The notes under the pieces were generated by a model. That model did not search any database. It was not told the origin of the DNA and saw only the letters and a program-made list of their open reading frames with translations. Position numbers and translations under genes: made by a program. Shown here piece by piece: positions 61,401 through 64,000 of a stretch of DNA of 64,000 nucleotides. The DNA is taken from contig NC_068984.1 of assembly GCF_001194135.2 (NCBI RefSeq), positions 51,795,327-51,859,326 of the forward strand, written 5' to 3'. This DNA comes from Octopus bimaculoides. Its lineage: Eukaryota. Positions within the stretch are counted from its first letter, which is position 1, and each line of letters starts with the position of its first letter.

Positions 61401-62658
61401 TGTAGAGTGTATTTTCCAGAAGAGAAAAAATCATAAATGTTAAAACAATTATTTTTTAACTATTTTTTCAGAAACTAACTTCAAATACAAAATGTGCCTA
61501 TTGGAGTTCTAGTCCAACGTAAGCCACACTGCAAGCTGCAGTTCTATTTTCTTCTTTATTTTTATTTTTTATTTATCTTTTGAAGTCCCCAGTCAGTTCT
61601 GACTGAGAAGACTTATGAACAAAACCATTACAGTTTCATTTTTTTTTCATGTATTGTATACTCTGAGTTATATTATCCAATGAGTACATTTATTAAGATA
61701 GTAGGATGCAATTTGAATGATATTTGCTACAATATTTAGTAGGTCAAGTGACCACATAAAATCTTCCTTATTGACTCATGTTTTTGCCTCAAGGTACTGA
61801 ACTACTGATTACGTGGTCATGAGTTTAGATTTTGGTACAAACTTTGTGTTGTGTCCTTAGTTAAGACATATTGATCTCTAAGGAGTTGTTCAGCCTGTTA
61901 GAAATTGCAGCTAAATCTTCCTCAAATCATACCCGATGATCTTTAACAAGAAGGATACAATGACTAATGTAATACTAGATATACTGTGTCTGAAAATAAG
62001 ACAGGTTGATGGAATTTTATTAATCGTAGATCAATTTCGTCAATGGCTGACCTGAATCTATGACAGAAAATACTTGCCCACAGTACTACACAATGGATGA
62101 TAGGGCTTGGAGTAAAATAAGTAGTTGCAAAACAAACTAGCACATTGTCATGCCATATTGCTTAGAAGGGTCTTTGATAGTTACATAACTGGTCACCCAC
62201 AAAATGCAATGCCAGCGTGTGGTGAATGTAAGATCTTTGTGTTAGCAGTCAACATTTTTAATTACCAATTAATCTCACAATTGGTTTCAAATTTTGGCAC
62301 AAGGCCTGATTAATAGATTCCAGTGTTCAACTGGTACTTATTTTATTGACCCTAAAGGATGAAAGGCAAAGTTGACCTCAGCGAAATTTAATTTCAGAAT
62401 GTAAAGACAGATGAAATGCCACTAAGCATTTTGCCCAGCATGCTAATGATTCTGCCAGTTTTCCACCATAATCTCACTGAAGTGTTTCCTTAAGTTCTTA
62501 AATTTTTTTAGCTTCTCTTTTATGGTTCTCTTTGTAGGGATCTTATTGGAGAATGGAAAACAGATGGATGTTTTCGAACTTCATTGAATGAATTTTATAC
62601 AGAATGTGTCTGCAATCATTTGACCAGTTTTGCTATTTTAATGAGCCACCACCAAGTT
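12776..62658 (+). CDS. Adhesion GPCR (GAIN/GPS-containing), N-terminal ectodomain portion; multi-exon gene continuing past the window end
   Basis: Hand-assembled AG/GT-bounded exons join in frame: 12776-12851, 19061-19078, 22138-22158, 25202-25225, 30413-30583, 34645-34820, 38534-38660, 40653-40765, 41899-41947, 46022-46041, 47406-47564, 50074-50136, 52418-52523, 54374-54481, 55957-56029, 59354-59468, 61472-61518, 62538-62658 (1587 nt). The translation ends in the canonical GPS/Stachel CAYW...WKTDGC...CVCNHLTSFAILM. No transcript evidence available. Confidence 0.9.
16312..16394. repeat. (CA)n microsatellite; representative of many CA/TA/CAT runs in the window
   Basis: Direct inspection. Confidence 0.95.
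16700..18045 (-). mobile_element. Decayed Tc1/mariner-superfamily (maT-like) transposase, interrupted
   Basis: Minus-strand peptides VMYTKFSLSVIVLMVVSNKGHVM (16835-17110) and an N-terminal-like segment (17787-18023); homologous to 54650-55379. Confidence 0.65.
18762..18972. other. Assembly gap
   Basis: N run. Confidence 1.
19061..19078 (+). CDS. Micro-exon 1 (18 nt, AQSSCL)
   Basis: ttttttgcag|CACAGTCATCTTGTCTTG|gtaagt; phase 1-1; flanking introns homologous to those of micro-exons 2 and 3. Confidence 0.75.
19167..19209 (+). ncRNA. Minimal type I hammerhead ribozyme motif (Penelope-type repeat)
   Basis: ttcagg CTGATGA cgag caaaaa ctca GAAA cata TC cctgaa; helix I 6 bp perfect; C.A mismatches at the base of helix II and in helix III. 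Confidence 0.65.
19740..20180 (-). mobile_element. RTE-like LINE 3' fragment (pseudogenised)
   Basis: Minus-strand peptide with DRVHNLKIR...SQLWYYRHVTRM...KRP, typical of the RTE ORF C-terminus; contains stops. Confidence 0.65.
20190..20680 (-). mobile_element. CRE-like non-LTR retrotransposon fragment (zinc knuckle plus restriction-like endonuclease)
   Basis: ORFs 20438-20647 (CHC...SCHYSAGR..HA..NDII) and 20195-20428 (ILDVTCCDT...AEGSK...VENSDVLGP). Confidence 0.65.
21048..21410 (-). mobile_element. Young tRNA-derived SINE with 12-bp TSD
   Basis: Minus-strand head GGAGGCGTAATGGCCCAGTGGTTAGG...GGTTTCGATTCC (A/B boxes), CpGs retained, TSD ACTCTTATAGAT at 21036-21047 and 21411-21422. Confidence 0.9.
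21740..21967. mobile_element. Mariner-type MITE
   Basis: TIRs tatgaagggatactgaaaagttc / gaacttttcagcaccccctcata; a partial copy occurs near 52830-52940. Confidence 0.7.
22138..22158 (+). CDS. Micro-exon 2 (21 nt, DDEPNCN)
   Basis: tctcttgcag|ATGATGAACCTAATTGTAATG|gtaagt; phase 1-1; homologous flanks. Confidence 0.75.
22753..23412. other. Assembly gap
   Basis: N run. Confidence 1.
23425..23586. mobile_element. Partial copy of the TTAGGG-containing MITE family
   Basis: cacgattttcactagggt...TTAGGG-like array...gtgcgggtgttaatctgaaaaattac, the same terminal sequences as 9002-9204; abuts a gap. Confidence 0.8.
25202..25225 (+). CDS. Micro-exon 3 (24 nt, AQEEIVCK)
   Basis: ttctctttcag|CACAAGAAGAGATTGTTTGTAAAG|gtaagt; phase 1-1; homologous flanks. 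Confidence 0.75.
26100..29135 (-). mobile_element. L1/Tx1-clade LINE, 5'-truncated and decayed (APE end plus RT plus C-terminus)
   Basis: ORF 28932-29126 TDH...YWELN; ORF 27401-28150 LDQSKASDRV...QGCLLSPLLY...; further downstream fragments; frameshifts and stops. Confidence 0.9.
29320..29433. repeat. (AAT)n microsatellite
   Basis: Long, slightly interrupted AAT run; other AAT runs at 29146-29190 and 30017-30066. Confidence 0.95.
29735..30066 (+). mobile_element. R4/Dong-like (RLE) LINE 3' end with (AAT)n tail
   Basis: + strand peptide WSMRTVKV..VIGVLGTVSK...LLQKVCLLGTARIIRRVLST*, short 3' UTR, (AAT)n at 30017-30066; an AAT run also lies 5' at about 29708-29724. Confidence 0.7.
30413..30583 (+). 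CDS. Ectodomain exon (EHFSSLSCQIEFAQSKKCFVQVC...NDLKS)
   Basis: tattctttccag acceptor, CAA|gtaaga donor, 171 nt open, phase 1-1; lies within ORF 30211-30597. Confidence 0.75.
31374..31783 (+). mobile_element. Bipartite tRNA-derived SINE with internal (TA/TG)n
   Basis: AGGCGCAGGAGTGGCTGTGTGGTAAG...GGGTTCAGTCCC head; near-identical to 43213-43625 and 46852-47278. Confidence 0.9.
32670..33531. other. Assembly gap
   Basis: N run; followed by a short Helitron-helicase-like peptide (YPVEFIN). Confidence 1.
33724..33852 (-). ncRNA. Type I hammerhead ribozyme motif with extended helix II
   Basis: Minus strand: aatct CTGAAGA a gcctagc [about 84 nt] gctaggc c GAAA cagctg TA agatt; helix I 5 bp, helix II 7 bp plus extension, palindromic helix III. 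Confidence 0.7.
34645..34820 (+). CDS. Cys-rich ectodomain exon (KQHCFVTCCLKEN...NQIAIKK)
   Basis: ttattttccag acceptor, AAG|gtgagt donor, 176 nt, phase 1 to 0; matches ORF 34662-34889. Confidence 0.8.
35223..36171 (+). mobile_element. Internally deleted mariner element
   Basis: About 28-bp TIRs (TACGAGGTGGTATCAAAAAGTTCCCAG / CTGGGAACCTTTGATACCACCTCATA) with TA ends; decayed HTH segment and SPDL..DFYLFPKMK remnants; 42-bp internal tandem duplication near 35612-35695. Confidence 0.85.
36325..36960 (-). mobile_element. RTE LINE 3' end with (GAT)n tail
   Basis: ORF 36729-36920 RRLHWFGHVMCM...GTCERGTPRK. The same 3' tail (catcatcat...ttccatgct(g/a)gcatgggttggac) recurs near 13110, 14050, 15850, 18100, 30660, 38100, 45700, 47630, 48680, 50500, 57700 and 63800. 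Confidence 0.8.
38534..38660 (+). CDS. Ectodomain exon (ALKKKQLDKELM...VCQEEWQIL)
   Basis: tttttttgtgtag acceptor, TAG|gtaaga donor, 127 nt open in phase 0 to 1. Confidence 0.8.
39456..39675. repeat. Degenerate (GGT/GAT)n low-complexity tract
   Basis: Trinucleotide-rich tract that produces spurious poly-V/G/T ORFs. Confidence 0.9.
40653..40765 (+). CDS. Ectodomain exon (DSNREKW...NESYTLVLK)
   Basis: tttggtttccag acceptor, AAA|gtaagt donor; only the phase-1 frame is open (113 nt, phase 1 to 0). Confidence 0.8.
41899..41947 (+). CDS. Probable linking exon (GKNGSMDIWHFLVVKP)
   Basis: ttttcatttttag acceptor, CAG|gttcgt donor, 49 nt, phase 0 to 1, which the 40765 to 46022 join requires. Best of several candidates; donor is non-consensus at +3/+4. 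Confidence 0.55.
42477..42704. mobile_element. piggyBac-like MITE (TTAA-flanked)
   Basis: TTAA-CCCTTTAGCATTC...GAATGCTAAAGAG-TTAA; related copies near 38720-38945, 59490-59650 and 60725-61150. Confidence 0.75.
43213..43625 (+). mobile_element. Bipartite tRNA-derived SINE (young copy)
   Basis: High identity to 31374-31783. Older copies lie near 31843-32225, 43985-44362(-), 44658-45050, 48006-48380, 51155-51552(-) and 61162-61355(-). Confidence 0.9.
46022..46041 (+). CDS. 20-nt micro-exon (GSPVTEK)
   Basis: atttcttccag acceptor with a tactaa branch-like motif near 45981, AAG|gtaaga donor; phase 1 to 0. Confidence 0.7.
46852..47278 (+). mobile_element. Bipartite tRNA-derived SINE (young copy)
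   Basis: High identity to the two copies above. Confidence 0.9.
47406..47564 (+). CDS. Linker and start of GAIN subdomain A (TTTIYNNP...DTADKLQNRT...KDNIQ)
   Basis: ttttgtttcttag acceptor, CAA|gtgagt donor, 159 nt open, phase 0-0. Confidence 0.85.
50074..50136 (+). CDS. GAIN-A exon (IFVDVLNNITMKNCWTNLNNE)
   Basis: tttctttctag acceptor, GAG|gtaaaa donor, 63 nt; resembles the V-D/N-N-L-L...W-x-x-L helix of GAIN domains. Confidence 0.85.
51646..51746. repeat. 15-bp minisatellite (TCTATCCATTTATAT) x6 plus partial
   Basis: Six perfect units counted directly. Confidence 0.97.
52418..52523 (+). CDS. GAIN exon (KKLYPTKVMKVVDKF...IEKENI)
   Basis: atttatttcag acceptor, TAG|gtaaga donor, 106 nt, phase 0 to 1; matches ORF 52394-52612; ENI motif of the first GAIN-B strand. 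Confidence 0.9.
53843..53888 (-). ncRNA. Hammerhead ribozyme motif (weak helix I)
   Basis: Minus strand: ttt CTGATGA a gggatat ataaa atatccc a GAAA cagctg TA aga. Confidence 0.55.
54374..54481 (+). CDS. GAIN-B exon (VFQFDELKNK...IKNISS)
   Basis: tttatccttatag acceptor, CAG|gtaaag donor, 108 nt, phase 1-1. Confidence 0.85.
54650..55379 (-). mobile_element. Decayed Tc1/mariner-superfamily (maT-like) element
   Basis: KHPVNIMVFG..SDGDIMP, GRPYV and WPPNSPNCNPLDYYVWG motifs across frameshifts; terminus TA-CAGGGTG at 55371-55379. Confidence 0.8.
55957..56029 (+). CDS. GAIN-B exon (DDPIFYSVVLYKSLTYIIQMTEANR)
   Basis: Long polypyrimidine tract plus cag, CCG|gtgaga donor, 73 nt, phase 1 to 2; GAIN-like VVLYKSL motif. 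Confidence 0.9.
58153..58195 (-). ncRNA. Minimal type I hammerhead ribozyme motif
   Basis: Minus strand: tccaga CTGATGA tgag caaaga ttca GAAA catg TC tctgga; all three helices paired, GUC triplet. Confidence 0.75.
58474..58516 (+). ncRNA. Minimal type I hammerhead ribozyme motif
   Basis: tccaga CTGATGA cgag caaaga ttca GAAA catg TC tctgga; GUC triplet; adjacent to a 10-N gap. Confidence 0.7.
59354..59468 (+). CDS. GAIN-B exon (TNENTNHKDLLSDILSFTI...ITYRLNHK)
   Basis: ctattttag acceptor, AAG|gtaagt donor, 115 nt, phase 2 to 0; GAIN-like S-x-I-L-S and I-T-Y-x-L-x-H motifs. Confidence 0.9.
60491..60630. repeat. Diverged tandem duplication of about 68 bp
   Basis: Two copies of aaagataggataagtgatttatagaa...taactacaat(g/a)gacatt. 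Confidence 0.85.
61472..61518 (+). CDS. GPS first half (KLTSNTKCAYWSSSPT)
   Basis: tattttttcag acceptor, AAC|gtaagc donor, 47 nt, phase 0 to 2; C-x-Y-W GPS start. Confidence 0.93.
62538..62658 (+). CDS. GPS second half plus Stachel (DLIGEWKTDGCFRTSLNEFYTECVCNHL|TSFAILMSHHQV)
   Basis: ctctttgtag acceptor, GTT|gtaagt donor, 121 nt, phase 2 to 0; textbook W-x-x-x-G-C...C-x-C-x-H-L-T-x-F-A-x-L-M. Confidence 0.96.
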
Positions 62659-63118
62659 GTAAGTGAATCATTTTTCAAAAGAAGTTTCTCATGGTATCAA
62701 ATCAATTATTATCTAAATAAATAGTGAGTTTGAAATGAATGCTAGTTAAAGATCAGACCTGTCTCCAGTCAGTGTGTCATATTGTTACTGTTTACCTGCT
62801 CACATTTCCTTTTAAAACCTTATAATTTTAAACCAGTTACAGCATGGGAGGCACATGTTAGCCACTCAGAAGCACACAAAGACTGTTATATTCACTTAAG
62901 CATTATTGTATGTAATATGGTGTCAAAATTTTTATTACTCAAAACTGCAATCCGGTTACAGTTTGGAGAAATGAACCAAACTAACCAAAGCCCTTTGAGT
63001 GGATTTGGTAGGCAGAAACTGAAAGAAGCCCAAAGTTCAAAGATCATACTTCACCACCTTTTCCCACACACATGATGGGCTTCTTTCAGCTTCTTATTTC
63101 TTTATTGCCCACAAGAAA

Positions 63119-63374
63119 CTAAACACAGAGGGGACAAACAAGGACAGACAAAGGGATTAAGTCGATTACATCGACCCCAGTGCGTAACTGGTACTTAATT
63201 TATCGACCCTGAAAGGATGAAAAGCAAAGTCGACGTTCTGAGTTCAAATTCCGCCGAGGTTGACTTTGCCTTGCATCCTTTCAGGGTCGATAAATTAAGT
63301 ACCAGTTACGCACTGGGGTCGATGTTATCGACTTAATCCCGTTGTCTGTCCTTGTTTGTCCCCTCTGTGTTTAG
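63119..63374. repeat. SINE fold-back: two 116-bp inverted arms with a 24-nt loop
   Basis: 63119-63234 is the reverse complement of 63259-63374 with few mismatches. Confidence 0.92.
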
Positions 63375-63892
63375 GGGCCTCATGGAGGCAATGACTAGTG
63401 ACCGAGACCTTTGGCAATATGCTATGCTTGAGAAGACCTGTCAAGCTAAGTGAAATCATAGTCATGGTCGATGCTGGTGTCACAGAACTGGCACCCATGC
63501 TGGTGGCACATAAAAAGCACTTTTTGAGCATTGAGCCTTACAGAGGCAAGGTGACCAATGTTGGTGGCACGTGAAAAGTACCCTTCGAGTGTTGGACCCC
63601 ATGGAGGCAATGATGAATGACTGAGACCTATGGCATTATGCTGTGCTTGAAGAGAAGACGCATCAAGCCAAGTAAAATTGCAAACATGGCAGATACTGGT
63701 GTCATGCAAATGGCAGCTGCGCCAGTGGCACGTAAAAGCACCAATTACACTCTCAGAAGGATTGGCATTAGGAAGGGCATTCAGCCATAGAAGCTATGCC
63801 AAAACAGAATGAAGTCTATTGCAACCTTCCAGCTTGCCAGCCCTGATCAAACCATCCACCCTATGCTAGCATGGACAATGGGCATTAAATGA

Positions 63893-63936
<44 letters not shown>

Positions 63937-64000
63937 ACTTGGGGATGGTCATATTGCCAGTTTAGCCAATAAAAACACACGCACTGTATATTTGGTGTTA

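Overview
AT-rich, repeat-dense eukaryotic genomic DNA with three larger and three small N-gaps. The SINE, microsatellite and RTE-tail repeat landscape resembles octopus/cephalopod genomes (inferred from repeat style, not a database match). The ORF track misses the main gene because its exons are short. Reading splice sites by hand gives a + strand, phase-consistent chain of about 18 coding exons (12776-62658, about 529 codons) for the ectodomain of an adhesion GPCR: signal peptide, three duplicated Cys-bearing micro-exons (18/21/24 nt, all phase 1-1), a Cys-rich region I cannot assign to a known domain, a GAIN domain, and an intact GPS (CAYW...W...GC...CVCNHL|TSFAILM). The 7TM exons must lie beyond 64000. 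Introns and the upstream region hold Helitron, Merlin, mariner, maT-like, L1/Tx1, RTE, CRE-like and R4/Dong-like remnants, several SINE and MITE families, and several minimal hammerhead-ribozyme motifs of the Penelope type, two of them sense to the pre-mRNA. Several local fold-back or templated duplications are also present.
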